DNA of 64,000 nt from Bacteroidia bacterium. Lineage in GTDB: Bacteria > Bacteroidota > Bacteroidia > UKL13-3. Below the pieces are notes generated by a model that had not been told where the DNA came from, made no database searches, and was given only the letters and a program-made list of their open reading frames with translations. Location of the stretch: the NCBI GenBank assembly GCA_041665785.1, contig JBAYIE010000006.1, forward strand, positions 38,021 to 102,020. The letters run 5' to 3'. Positions 39,568-50,600 of the stretch are shown here, one piece after another. Position numbers and translations under genes: made by a program. How positions within the stretch are numbered: the first letter of the stretch is position 1; every line of letters begins with the position of its first letter.

Positions 39568-39955
39568 GGCAGAGTATCTTATCGTTGGGGGTTATGCGGT
39601 AGGCGTTCACGGGCATCCCAGATATACAGGAGATCTCGATATTTGGCTGAATCCGACACCTGAAAATGCCGAGAAGATTTTAAAGTGTGTCAACGAGTTT
39701 GGGTTTTCTTCTTATGGATTGACAAAGTCAGATTTTATGAAAGAGGGCAATGTGATCCAGTTGGGTTATCCTCCTCTGCGCATTGATCTTTTGAGTCAAA
39801 TTGATGGTGTTGTTTTTAGTGAGTGCTTTAAAAATCGCATGGAGGTTGAAATTGACTCACTTGTTGTAAATTTTATAGGATACGCAGATTTATTAAAGAA
39901 TAAAAAGGAATCTGGCAGACTAAGGGATATGGATGATCTGGATCATTTGAAATGA
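39518..39955 (+). CDS. Nucleotidyltransferase-fold (Pol-beta superfamily-like) protein, hypothetical.
   Basis: GGYAVGVHGHPRYTGDLDIWL resembles the G-x-x...D-x-D nucleotidyltransferase motif. AT-rich relative to the flanks. Confidence 0.5.
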   Translation: MFNQDFKEFVELLIRNKAEYLIVGGYAVGVHGHPRYTGDLDIWLNPTPENAEKILKCVNEFGFSSYGLTKSDFMKEGNVIQLGYPPLRIDLLSQIDGVVFSECFKNRMEVEIDSLVVNFIGYADLLKNKKESGRLRDMDDLDHLK

Positions 39956-40246
39956 ATATGCCAGACGCTCCAAAGTTAAAAAGGTACATGATTTGCTACT
40001 GAATTCGCTTTTTTTACGCTAATACTTCAATGATACCACAATGCCGGCATAGGGGGCGAAGCGGCATCCCATGCAGGTAAGCAGGAATAAACTAAAAAAT
40101 GAGCAGAATTAATCTTGCGCAACCTGCATGGATACAGCGGAGCACCCGACCCTGAGGGTGAGCCGGTGAATGTTAATGGCCTGGTGAATATTCCGTAGCG
40201 AAACCGGAAGGGGATGCCCCAAATAATAAAATGAAATCAGTTTGCT

Positions 40247-40924
40247 TTATCCTTTGACCGGCAGAGCAATTGCACATACACTGATTTTGCAGGTAGCAGG
40301 CAAACATTTAATCAAAGCTTCCAGCGTAGCACCGGTGGTAATTACATCGTCGCATACCAACAGATGTTTGTTTTCAAGCACTGCTGCATCTTTTACAGTA
40401 AACACTTCGCTTACATTCATCCAGCGTTCAAAACGCGATTTGCGGGTTTGGGTTTCGGTAGCCGTTTTCTTCCCTACGGCATGCGATAAATCGGCGATGG
40501 ATAAGGCTTCGGCAATACCTTGTGCAAAGCAGGCACTTTGGTTGTAACCGCGTTTGCACAATTTGCTCTTGTGCAACGGAACAGCCACGACGGCATCTGG
40601 AAGCAATTCCAATTCCTTCAACTGGTTGCCATATGTTTTACCCAAAAATGTAGCGAGTTCCTGGTTGCCTTTATACTTGAGCTGATGCAGAATTTTTTGT
40701 CCGATGCCTTCCTTCTTGAAATAGATATACGCATAAGCGCGCTCAACAGAACATCTTCCCCAGAAAATCTTTTCAACCGGATTTTCGCGCACGCGGTGAA
40801 AATGCGTTTGCGGTAAATGATACAAACAAGAAGTACACAGGTGCTGTTCGTGTGCCTGCAAACCCTGATTGCACCCGATGCACAGGTGCGGATACAAGAG
40901 GTCGATCAGGGACTTGAGAAACAC
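40247..40924 (-). CDS. ComF family protein (phosphoribosyltransferase domain).
   Basis: N-terminal Cys4 (CIGCNQGL...CTSCL) and a C-terminal PRTase motif LLVCDDVITTGATL. Confidence 0.8.
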   Translation of the reverse strand: MFLKSLIDLLYPHLCIGCNQGLQAHEQHLCTSCLYHLPQTHFHRVRENPVEKIFWGRCSVERAYAYIYFKKEGIGQKILHQLKYKGNQELATFLGKTYGNQLKELELLPDAVVAVPLHKSKLCKRGYNQSACFAQGIAEALSIADLSHAVGKKTATETQTRKSRFERWMNVSEVFTVKDAAVLENKHLLVCDDVITTGATLEALIKCLPATCKISVCAIALPVKG

Positions 40925-43284
40925 TACTCCGCTTTGATCACGCGTATGGTTTTCTTTTCGCCTCCCAGTTCCATTTGTAAAAAGTATACACCCGGTTTTT
41001 GGTGCGTAAATGCATCAAGCAATAACGTTTGTTTTCCTGCCAGATAGAGTTGCTCCGGAATGTTTGCTACTTCTTCCCCGATCAGGTTAAACAGTGTAAA
41101 ACGCATAGGCATATTGCGCGACAATTGAACCGACAATTTCAAATCGCCTGTATATGGATTCGGATAAACGTCCAGACCGGTATACTGCGGTTGATTTTCT
41201 TCCAGCGCGGTTGGGAATGCATACGTTTCGCCATAAGCAGTGTCGGCGCAACCGTAATTGTTGAATGCAACCAGTTTGTAACGGAACATACCACTGTCGG
41301 GAACCGTAACATCATTCAATGATTCGGAAGAGCTGGTATACGAGGTAGATCCGATATTGTATTGCCATTGGATGAAACTGGTGCCGGATGAAGTATTGGT
41401 GGCTGATAATTTATTTCCGATCTGAACCAGACTGAATGATGCAGTTGGTGAAGGATAAACCTGAATGTTGCTGCTGAATGAATCGCTTGCTACACCCAGG
41501 GTATCATATACGGTAAGTGTTACCACATAGGTTCCTGGATTTTCATACACCAGTTCAGGATTGAGTTCGGTAGTACTGATTTGTCCGTTGCCAAAATCCC
41601 ATTTGAAAGAAGAGGCGGACGTAGAGCTGTTTTCCAAACTAATGCTTAGAGGGGCACAGCCTGAAATCCGGCTTGGGGTAAAAGCTGCAGCCGGTTGTGA
41701 ACTGAACTTGAACGTAATGGAACTATCGGGGTTCAGGGTAATATTGGTAATGAAGATATTGGATGAAGCATAGGTTACCTGATGGTTGGTGCTGGGCTTT
41801 GTAAAAGGCGTAATGTTTTTGTTATTTGTAGTTCCGGGAAACAGGTCGCCTGCATTTCCGTTGTTGATATTCCTTTCCATTTCACGGTTGCCATCGGCTT
41901 GCAGCAAATGAACACCCAGATTGGCCGTATCGTTGTTTACATTATTGCCCGACTGAGATAAACGTCCGGCATAATTGGTATTGATTTGCCATACAGCAAG
42001 TCCTTTCGATGGTACAAATTTATCAAAGCCTTTGTTCTGACGGTTTTCAAGCAGGAAAAACTCATTCGACTTTTTGGTATTGATGCGGTATGCAAAATTA
42101 CTATCGGCTACCGCTTTTGGAATGGTATAGGTGCCAATATCTGTAATGGTAACAGTAGTACCCCAGTTCATGGCATAGCGCGACCATGCATCAAGTATAG
42201 AGGGCGTCTTCTGGTAATTTAACCAGGTACCTGCTGCCATGATTGTATAATTACCGCAACCGGCATTGTTGTATTGAGTAGAATATAAATCGGGCAAATC
42301 CAGAATATGGCCGAACTCATGTGCTATCACTCCTATTCCGACAATGATATTGGATCCGCCGTTGTACAATTTCTCCGGGAACATGCAATAAGCACTGAAC
42401 TTCTTTCCGTCTTTGGTAGGAGTTTGTGTTGAGCCTAAAGTAGAACGGAATGAATGAATATAATTTCCATAATTCGGTGCACTTTGTTCTTCGGCACCAA
42501 TTCCGGAGTGAATCAGAATTACTGCATCAACATATCCGTCGCTATCGCTGTCGTATTGCGAAAAATCGACTACCGAATCGGCGTCGTTGATAGCGCCGAG
42601 CAACAATTTACGCGTGGCTGAACCATACGACGGACTGCTTGTTTTGCCGTAATATTTATATCCGCTATCGGAAGTAAACCATCCATACACATCGCAATTG
42701 ATGCGTAAACGTCCTTTGGTAGCCTGCATATAATAATCGCGGAAACTTCCGGTTGGGTGATTGTCCTGATTCAACAATACTTCAAAATTTGAGGTTGGAA
42801 TGGTAGCCGGTAAGTCGGTATACTGAACCATCAGAATCAACACCTTGCGATCTCCGGCCGAAGGAAAAACATTGGCCCCGGCTTTACCCATTTCCTGTTC
42901 CATGGCGGCTTGTTGCTGAAAATATTGCATCAATACCGACTGCTGGGCAGCACTATACCGTAAATGTGGAGTTAACAAGCTTGTTTTTTGCATGTTACGA
43001 TCGGCAGCATCCGATGCTACGGCTCCGCTTAAGGTCAGGTTTCCGCTGGCATCCGGTGTAGCATATTCGTAATTACCGGTTGATTTATTAAAAAGAACGG
43101 TATAGCCGCTGCTTGTTTCTAAGTAACTAATGGCTTCATTACCATAAGGATACAATGTAATGGAGGAACCATCGGCCTGCACTTGCGTATTGTGCTGAGG
43201 GTTTACACCGCAATTGGAACGCTGAGCCAGAGTGGCAAAAGAAACAAAAAACAACAACAGAAATGCTGAAAAGGGTTTGTTCAT
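40924..43284 (-). CDS. Secreted M6-like (immune inhibitor A-type) zinc metalloprotease with PKD-like domains and a T9SS C-terminal sorting domain.
   Basis: Signal peptide MNKPFSAFLLLFFVSFATLAQ. HEFGHILDLPDLY zinc-binding HExxH motif. PKD-like region (FKWDFGNGQ...YVVTLTVYD). C-terminal VYPNPYTGDLKL...GVYFLQMELGGEKKTIRVIKAE. Confidence 0.75.
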   Translation of the reverse strand: MNKPFSAFLLLFFVSFATLAQRSNCGVNPQHNTQVQADGSSITLYPYGNEAISYLETSSGYTVLFNKSTGNYEYATPDASGNLTLSGAVASDAADRNMQKTSLLTPHLRYSAAQQSVLMQYFQQQAAMEQEMGKAGANVFPSAGDRKVLILMVQYTDLPATIPTSNFEVLLNQDNHPTGSFRDYYMQATKGRLRINCDVYGWFTSDSGYKYYGKTSSPSYGSATRKLLLGAINDADSVVDFSQYDSDSDGYVDAVILIHSGIGAEEQSAPNYGNYIHSFRSTLGSTQTPTKDGKKFSAYCMFPEKLYNGGSNIIVGIGVIAHEFGHILDLPDLYSTQYNNAGCGNYTIMAAGTWLNYQKTPSILDAWSRYAMNWGTTVTITDIGTYTIPKAVADSNFAYRINTKKSNEFFLLENRQNKGFDKFVPSKGLAVWQINTNYAGRLSQSGNNVNNDTANLGVHLLQADGNREMERNINNGNAGDLFPGTTNNKNITPFTKPSTNHQVTYASSNIFITNITLNPDSSITFKFSSQPAAAFTPSRISGCAPLSISLENSSTSASSFKWDFGNGQISTTELNPELVYENPGTYVVTLTVYDTLGVASDSFSSNIQVYPSPTASFSLVQIGNKLSATNTSSGTSFIQWQYNIGSTSYTSSSESLNDVTVPDSGMFRYKLVAFNNYGCADTAYGETYAFPTALEENQPQYTGLDVYPNPYTGDLKLSVQLSRNMPMRFTLFNLIGEEVANIPEQLYLAGKQTLLLDAFTHQKPGVYFLQMELGGEKKTIRVIKAE

Positions 43285-43448
43285 CTTTAGATTAGTTATA
43301 ACTGGTTTGGGTCGCAAAATAATGAAAATCACGTATTAAACACTTGATCGAGGCAATAGATTCCAAAAGATGCAAAAAAGATGCCTCAGTTATTCAAAGA
43401 CACGCTATTTCATTATGAATCAAGATAAAATCCTGACTGTGGGGAAGG

Positions 43449-44525
43449 TTATTCTTCCGTTTTGGATAAGTAGAGCGTTTGGCTTGGAAAAGCAAACTCA
43501 AGTCCTTTTTCCTTTACAGCCAGCATAATCTGAAGGTTGATTTCTTCTTTCACCCGCAACATGTACTCATATTCGTTGCTGTTTACAAAATAGAGGACTA
43601 AAATATCAAGTGAGCTTGATCCGAAACCAAAGAAATGAACCGTACAATTCGGCAGGGTATCAGGGTGTTCGCTGATAATACGTTTTAATTCCTCTGTCAT
43701 TTCACGCATCTGTTCAGCCGTTGTTTGATAGGTAAGATTTAACATGAATTTTACCCGCCTCATTTCCGTTGAGGTAATATTGTTTAGGATTGAATCTGCA
43801 ATCTTTTTGTTGGGAACAATTTGAAGCGATTTATGGAAGGTCCGGATGCGGGTACTTCTGAATCCAACATGTTCTACCGTACCTGAAGTATCTCCAAATT
43901 CAATGGTATCTCCGGGTTTAAAGGGACTATCGAGGTAAATAATAAACGAGCCTAACAGGTTAGCCAGTGTATCCTGAGCTGCCAGTGCAACCGCCAGTCC
44001 GCCTATACCCAGAGAAGCCACCAAGGCAGTAATATTCACATTGAAGATAAAGCGTAATCCTGCAAAAAGAGCCAGGGTCATCAATACTATCTTGATCAGT
44101 TCGCGTACAAATACGATTAACCCGGGACTCGTTTCCTCTTGCCTGTTTTTTACAACCAGCGCGGCAAAATCAATGCCTTTGAGCATGATTTTAACAACCA
44201 CCACCAATACGGCGATCTTAAATACCACCAGGATAAACCAGCGCATTCCGTACTGAGAAGCGGGAACCAAATCCCACGATTCCGGAAAATGGAGCCGGTT
44301 AAAGGCGAGGTACAGAATGATCAGGGTGAAAAGTTGCTCAATGGGTTTGCGAAGAAGTTGAACAAACTCATCGGACAATAAATTCTGAGATACCTTTTTA
44401 AAGAAAACATAGGTGGTTTTGCTCACCAGTTTGGCAGCAAAACGTTTCAATACAAATCCGGTCAGCAGAATTCCAACAAACCACAACCAGTTGATCCATT
44501 CGTTATTCGAAAGCAATTCTTCCAT
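43449..44525 (-). CDS. Mechanosensitive ion channel (MscS family) protein.
   Basis: Transmembrane region, then PGDTIEFGDTSGTVEHVGFRSTRIRTFHKSLQIVPN (MscS beta-domain signature). Confidence 0.85.
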   Translation of the reverse strand: MEELLSNNEWINWLWFVGILLTGFVLKRFAAKLVSKTTYVFFKKVSQNLLSDEFVQLLRKPIEQLFTLIILYLAFNRLHFPESWDLVPASQYGMRWFILVVFKIAVLVVVVKIMLKGIDFAALVVKNRQEETSPGLIVFVRELIKIVLMTLALFAGLRFIFNVNITALVASLGIGGLAVALAAQDTLANLLGSFIIYLDSPFKPGDTIEFGDTSGTVEHVGFRSTRIRTFHKSLQIVPNKKIADSILNNITSTEMRRVKFMLNLTYQTTAEQMREMTEELKRIISEHPDTLPNCTVHFFGFGSSSLDILVLYFVNSNEYEYMLRVKEEINLQIMLAVKEKGLEFAFPSQTLYLSKTEE

Positions 44526-44539
44526 TCAGGGTCTCGGGT

Positions 44540-45046
44540 TTAAAAACCGATGCGTTTACGTCCGTGCTCTACGATTTCAGCCTTCTTAAGCACATCGTCC
44601 TTCATGGTATCTTTATATTTTTGGAGAGCATGACTCAACTTGACATCATGCGTGGCTAAAATTTGTGCAGCAAGCAGTCCTGCATTTTTCGCATTGTTGA
44701 TGGCTACAGTTGCCACCGGTACCCCTCCGGGCATTTGCACTATCGACAACAGGGAATCCAGTCCGTCCATGGCTTTGAGCTTAACCGGTACACCAATAAC
44801 GGGCAAGATCGTGATGGATGCTACCATACCCGGAAGATGGGCTGCACCACCTGCACCGGCAATGATAACCTTCAATCCTCTTTCGCGTGCCGATTTCGCA
44901 TATTCAAACATACGGTCGGGTGTGCGGTGCGCTGATACCACCGTGATCTCGTAGGCTATATTAAATTCTTCGAGCACTTTAGCCGCTTCGTTCATGATTT
45001 CCAGATCGGAATCCGATCCCATTATTATTCCTACTAAAATTGTCAT
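44540..45046 (-). CDS. purE: 5-(carboxyamino)imidazole ribonucleotide mutase.
   Basis: [11 protein letters not shown]...[13 protein letters not shown]. Start taken at MTILVG. Confidence 0.85.
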   Translation of the reverse strand: MTILVGIIMGSDSDLEIMNEAAKVLEEFNIAYEITVVSAHRTPDRMFEYAKSARERGLKVIIAGAGGAAHLPGMVASITILPVIGVPVKLKAMDGLDSLLSIVQMPGGVPVATVAINNAKNAGLLAAQILATHDVKLSHALQKYKDTMKDDVLKKAEIVEHGRKRIGF

Positions 45047-45095
45047 GGCTGCATTTTTATCTGCCACGAAAGTACGTAACATCCATTTGAAATCA

Positions 45096-46076
45096 TCAAT
45101 TTAACTGGTAATACACCACCATTGCAATAACTGCATAAATCACGATCTCCTTTAACCAGAAGCGTTTACTGCTGATCAGATAGTAACCTGTTACTATACT
45201 AAGTGGTATGCTGATAAAGCCAACCGAATACAACATATTGTTGCGTTCGGTGATAAGTGCGAAAGTTCCAAACAGGGTAAAAATGGCAATGCTTTGAATG
45301 ATACGTCTTGTTTTTACTTTGTTGCGGAAAAAATTCTGCTGCAAATGAAATGCTCCTATGGCTGCAAGCGGCAAAAGCAATAACCATGGAGCCAGTTGTT
45401 CCAGAGAGTGAATTACAGGGTGAATACTCAATACATACAAATCAGACTCCCATAATGCTTGTAATTCGGAGAGCCGGTTAGTCATGTAATAAAAAATAAA
45501 TACAAAATACATAGGCAATAAAATGCCCATTAACGAGATGATAATATACCTCAGATTGAAGGAAGTAAATACCACTACACTGATTAATATAAAAGGCAAA
45601 AAGAGTATGAGATAATAATTGAACATGATGCCTACACCCAGGTACATACCGGAATCGAATACCAATAGCAAAGGTTTGGGTGATTCATATAAGTAACATA
45701 AGCGTTGAAAAAGCAGGATGATAAAAGTATTGGACAATAATTGCGGAGTGAGTTGAAACTGTTCGGCATACAGGCTATTCAGCAAAACAAACATGAAACC
45801 CGGCAGATAGGTGTCTTTGTATAAAATTTCGTGCCTGCTCACCGTATAATTCAACATCAGTGCCTGAGCAACCACCAATACAAACGCAGCTATATATCCA
45901 ATAAGGTGTGGATTGTTCAATGTCTTCAAAAAATCGAAAAGGATATTGGATAAAAAAGCCGAATACATCAATTCGTAGGGTTGCGGATCCAGAAAGAACT
46001 GAATGCGAAATAAAGCTGCCAGAACTATAAGTGAAATTGCAGCCAGCAACGAATTATGTCGGAAAATATTTAACAA
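45096..46076 (-). CDS. Polytopic membrane protein of unknown function.
   Basis: 326 aa with about 9 hydrophobic helices. Confidence 0.5.
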   Translation of the reverse strand: MLNIFRHNSLLAAISLIVLAALFRIQFFLDPQPYELMYSAFLSNILFDFLKTLNNPHLIGYIAAFVLVVAQALMLNYTVSRHEILYKDTYLPGFMFVLLNSLYAEQFQLTPQLLSNTFIILLFQRLCYLYESPKPLLLVFDSGMYLGVGIMFNYYLILFLPFILISVVVFTSFNLRYIIISLMGILLPMYFVFIFYYMTNRLSELQALWESDLYVLSIHPVIHSLEQLAPWLLLLPLAAIGAFHLQQNFFRNKVKTRRIIQSIAIFTLFGTFALITERNNMLYSVGFISIPLSIVTGYYLISSKRFWLKEIVIYAVIAMVVYYQLN

Positions 46077-46087
46077 TTGCTTCGCAT

Positions 46088-47566
46088 TTAATAGGTCACT
46101 TTCATGATGCTGAATTTACGGTCTTTCATGGCACAAATGAGCGTACTGTTAGCCGAGATCTGACGCGATTCTGGTGGCATCAGCGACACATAATAACTCA
46201 TCGCTTTGATCAGAATGCGCGTATCAATTTCACCCTTCGGACTAATGGTGCTGATCATAATATCGGACTCGGCAGATGCATCCATGCTGTAAATCAAAGC
46301 GACCGAACTGTTGGTATTGAGTGTAACAAAAGAAGAATAATATCCGCCATCATTTACACTCGATTGCCTCTTTTTGATAACGTCGTTGAATTGCATTTTG
46401 CCTTCGGTATCCAGCGAAAATACCATCACTTCATCGTAATTGTAAACCGTTCGTGAAGATGTTTGCTGAAACCCATTGACAAAATACGTATACACCTGTT
46501 TGGTCTCATAACTTTTTTCGGCAATAACCATACAACCTCCATCGCTCCTGGGTATAATTTTACGAATTAAAAGATCACTCAATCCGGGAGAGTTTTCGTT
46601 GGTGAGCACAGAAGTTGATTTATGCACCAAAGATTTGTCGAAAGGATATGACCTGCGAACCCGGTAAGACAAGGTACGGATATCAATACTGCACATGAAA
46701 ATACCATCAAGTGAGTTCTCAGTTGTTTTATCGCGGTAAAATCCCGAAACCGTTACACTTTGATGGTAGTTGTTTACAACCAAACCGAGGTCTACAATTT
46801 CCGTTGAGTCATTTCCCAATTCAAATTCGGTCAGATCGTTTTGCGTTGCGCTGATGGCATACAGGAAAAACTTTCGTTGCGATTCCCCCCTCTTCTTTAC
46901 CGGCGAATCCGGAAAATCAATCAACACAAAAGCATTATCGCTATCGTCGCATTCAAATCCGGTGATGAATACGTCTTCAACCGGATAATTTAACGGATAG
47001 TACTTTGAAAACAAAGGAGCCAACTCGTTGGTAAAAGCCTGTACTGCTAGTATGGATGCTTCTCCGTCTTTGGCTTTCATCAGATACATGATATAATATT
47101 TTGATTTGTCGATCGACTGTTTGATGTAAAAAGCATGTTTGTCTTTTATCGCAGAAGCATCTACCTGAAACAAAGTTTGAGCTGTACCTGCTGTAGCCAG
47201 TTGGTCATCTGCCCTCCAATACAGGAAATCATATTTATCCTGCACATTGTTGCGTGTAAGTCCAAATGCAATCAATCCGGTGTGTTGCAACATTACTTTT
47301 TCAATAATAGAACCCGGAGGCTGCCAAAGTTCTTTTGAAATATCAAGGGCTAAATTGCTTTTATAGCGTTCCAGAATTAATTCACGCGTAAATTCATTGT
47401 CTTTGGATCGCAGCAAAAAATATCCGGCCGGATTAGACCCCAGGATCAGGGTATAATTGCTGCGCGACTTTACCTTCTGCTGGTTTGACCATTCTACGGT
47501 TTGAGCCTTCAATGCATCGGGTACATTGAACAAAAGAAGTAAAATCCAAATTCGAAAATTTTTCAC
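46088..47566 (-). CDS. Hypothetical secreted protein.
   Basis: Signal peptide MKNFRIWILLLLFNVPDALKAQ. No recognisable motifs. Confidence 0.5.
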   Translation of the reverse strand: MKNFRIWILLLLFNVPDALKAQTVEWSNQQKVKSRSNYTLILGSNPAGYFLLRSKDNEFTRELILERYKSNLALDISKELWQPPGSIIEKVMLQHTGLIAFGLTRNNVQDKYDFLYWRADDQLATAGTAQTLFQVDASAIKDKHAFYIKQSIDKSKYYIMYLMKAKDGEASILAVQAFTNELAPLFSKYYPLNYPVEDVFITGFECDDSDNAFVLIDFPDSPVKKRGESQRKFFLYAISATQNDLTEFELGNDSTEIVDLGLVVNNYHQSVTVSGFYRDKTTENSLDGIFMCSIDIRTLSYRVRRSYPFDKSLVHKSTSVLTNENSPGLSDLLIRKIIPRSDGGCMVIAEKSYETKQVYTYFVNGFQQTSSRTVYNYDEVMVFSLDTEGKMQFNDVIKKRQSSVNDGGYYSSFVTLNTNSSVALIYSMDASAESDIMISTISPKGEIDTRILIKAMSYYVSLMPPESRQISANSTLICAMKDRKFSIMKVTY

Positions 47567-47589
47567 GCATACAAATTAATTTAATTTCC

Positions 47590-47626
47590 ATAAAAAAAGC
47601 GGGCATTTCGCCCGCTTTTCATATTT
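47590..47626 (-). terminator. Rho-independent terminator downstream of the giant repeat-protein gene.
   Basis: The minus strand reads gaaaagcgggcgaaatgcccgcttttttt: an 8-bp GC-rich stem followed by a T-run. Confidence 0.7.
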
Positions 47627-47639
47627 GGTATCAAAAGAA

Positions 47640-50600
47640 CTACCGGTTGATGACGATCCGTTTGTTGGTTACCGAGTTATCTATTCTCAAATTGATCCAG
47701 TAAACTCCCGACGACTGACCTGATAAATCAAGGTTGAAGGAGCCGGCATTCAGTTCCTTCTCTCCTTTATAAATCACTTTACCCAAAACATCGACCACCT
47801 CTATGCTTACCCGGAATGCAGCTATATCTTGTAACGATACGGTTACATGACCATCTCCGCTTGGGTTTGGATAAATCCTGGCTGCATTCAAAAGATCTAA
47901 ATCCATCAATCCGCTCTTGATGAAATTGAATGCATCGCTGATGCTTTTGCAATTGGAGGCATTTCCTGTTTCCACCGAATAATTACCATTTTGCGTGGCA
48001 ATCAGATTTTTTGAATTTGCACCACTTATGTTGTTGCCATTCAACTTCCACTGATAGGTTGCGGCAGTAACCGAACACACTAATGTATCGCTGCTGCCAT
48101 TGCGTGTAACAACCGGTTTAACCGGAAGTACATCAATTGTAACAGTTAGCGAAGCTGTTGTATCGGTGGAACAACCGGTATGCACAAGCGCCCTGTATTG
48201 ACGGGAAACAAATGCCGAAACAGTGGTGTTGGTATGTGTATACATTTCATTCGCACTTCCTGCAATAGGTATCCAACTACCCGCATTGTCTTTGAAAATC
48301 CAACCGGTTACAACTCCTCCGTTGATAAAACCACTTGCAGTAACTGCAATGGAATTTCCAGTACAATAAATTGTTGCAGTCGAAGTTGGAACCACGCTGT
48401 TCGCATTCCCCTGCAATTGGGGGTTGATGGTTATCTGCAATGTTCCGGTTGTATCGTAACTGCAGTTAGCGGTATTGAATATAATGGCCCGGTATTCACG
48501 CACCTTGGTATACGAAACATTGGTTGAAGTATGATAGAGAGTGAAGCCGTTATCGTTTATCGCAGTCCAGAAGTTCGCAACGCTGTCGCGGAACAACCAC
48601 TTTACAACACTGCCCGAAAATCCACTTACATTAATGATGGCCGGGGTACCTGCACAAATTGAAGTGTTGTTGCTGGCCGGCATAATAGCGAGATTACTTC
48701 CGTTGGTTATAATATTGATATTTACCGTTACCACTCCAGAACTATCGATGCTACAACCTGAAGTATTGTTCAACAAGGTGCGGTATTCACGGATTATATT
48801 GCTACTTACCTGTGTATTGAAATCATTGATTGATGCAGCGCTACCGGCATTCAGGTATTGCCATTCTTCTCCGGTATTCCGGAACAACCATTGCTGAATG
48901 GTATACCCAACAGGAGTATTGATAAATACATTCACCGGGTTGCCTGAACAAACAGTCAGCTGAGATGCCTGAGCCGTTGTGGCATTCACTCCATTTTGTA
49001 TCGGGTTGATGGTAACAGTGGCCGGTGCAGTGGTATCAAAACTGCATCCGGAAGAATTGATTACCAGAGCTCGGTATTGACGCACAAGCAATGAAGAAGT
49101 CTGGGTATTTACATCACTCCACGATGAAGAAGTAATATTTAAGATTTGCCAGTTATCGGTTGGATTATCGCGGTACATCCAGTATTTCACAGATGATCCG
49201 TTGAATGATCCCAGGGTGATGGTAACCAGTGCACCTGAACATACATTACTATTAGATAAAGCAGGAACAACAGTATTTTGGTTACCATATCCAATCGCAC
49301 TAACATTCACTCCAACGGATGCAGAGGTATCGGTGGGACAACCTGCACCTTTAACAACTACCACTTTATATTGGCGGGTAAATCCAGTGCTGGTTTGTGT
49401 AGCATAATCGTTGAGCGAAGTGGCTGATGTAATGGCCAGATTTGTCCAGCCTCCATTGTCTGTATTCTGCATCCAGCGTTGAATGGAATTGCCACTTCCC
49501 GGATTAACGCTGAGGTTAATCGTAGCACCTGAACATATGGACGTGCTGGCCACTGCAGGAACTATCGTATTATCGATCCCGATTGTACGCGGATTGATGG
49601 ATACGGTCTTAACGGCACTGCTGTCCATACTACAACTGTTATTGTTTTTTATGATAATACGGTACGCTCTTGTTACCGGTGCACTCACAGTAGTATTGTA
49701 ATCCGTTAAAGTTGTCGCACTTCCTGAGTACAAAGTCATCCATGGACCATTGTTGTTGCTGTATAACCAGGATTGTACCGTATGACTTCCTAGACCTGAG
49801 GTTCCTAAAATTACCGGAGTACCGGTACAATATGATCCACCATTTGAAGTCACCATGATATTGGTATCTGTGCCGAGCATACGGGGAGAAATAAAGGCTG
49901 TATCGTTGATGGAAGTTGTATCATACCGGCAACTTGCTGATTTGTAAATCAACAATGCATATTGCCGGTTAATGGCATTTGTCGTATTGGTATTGTAATC
50001 GGTTATGCTGATGGAGTACCTGTGCATATTGTTCCATGCTCCGCTGTATCCATCGCGGTACAGCCAGGTGTTTAATTGTACACCACTCAATCCATATGCA
50101 TCTACATCAATGAAGGAGCCGGTACAAACTCCCTTATTGCCATTGATTGCTGTGCTCGAAAACGTATCGGTTCCGTATATTAATGGATTGATATATACTG
50201 ACACTTCACCGGAAGTATCAAGCGTACAGGAGTTGCTCTTGCTTATTATTGCACGGTACCTGCGGTTCACCAGACTCACCGTATTTACAGACTGTATGAT
50301 GCCCGACAAAGAACTATACATAGGAATCCATGGACCTAAATCTTCACTGTATAACCAGTATTGTACAAAATTGCCCGATCCGGCATTTATATTGATATTG
50401 AATGAATTCCCTGAACAAACATTAGACCCTGATTGTGAAGTTGGAACAATGCTGTTGTCGTTTCCGTATGTTTTCGGATTAATGGTAATTACAGATGCCG
50501 CGGTGGTATCGATCCGGCAATTGCCCGCTTTATACAAAATAGCGCGATAACCCATTGTATAGGAGTTTTGTTGTGAAGCAGCAAACTCACCAAATTGATA

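Noticed and set aside
39385-39955. Single frameshifted gene combining the 60-aa and 145-aa ORFs
   Set aside because: The 145-aa ORF begins with a plausible N-terminus (MFNQDFKEFVELL) directly preceding the nucleotidyltransferase motif. That is typical of complete members of this fold, so a frameshift is not required. The small ORF is kept as a separate low-confidence call.
40055-40225. Specific assignment as SRP RNA, cobalamin, TPP or glycine riboswitch
   Set aside because: The CCGGAAGG element resembles the SRP helix-8 tetraloop, and GGTGAATATTCC resembles part of the B12 aptamer. However, the flanking conserved positions (AGG/AGCA loops for SRP RNA, the B12 box GCCACTG, the TPP CUGAGA/ACCCTTT, the glycine GGAGAG) are absent. 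It is kept only as an unclassified structured-RNA candidate.
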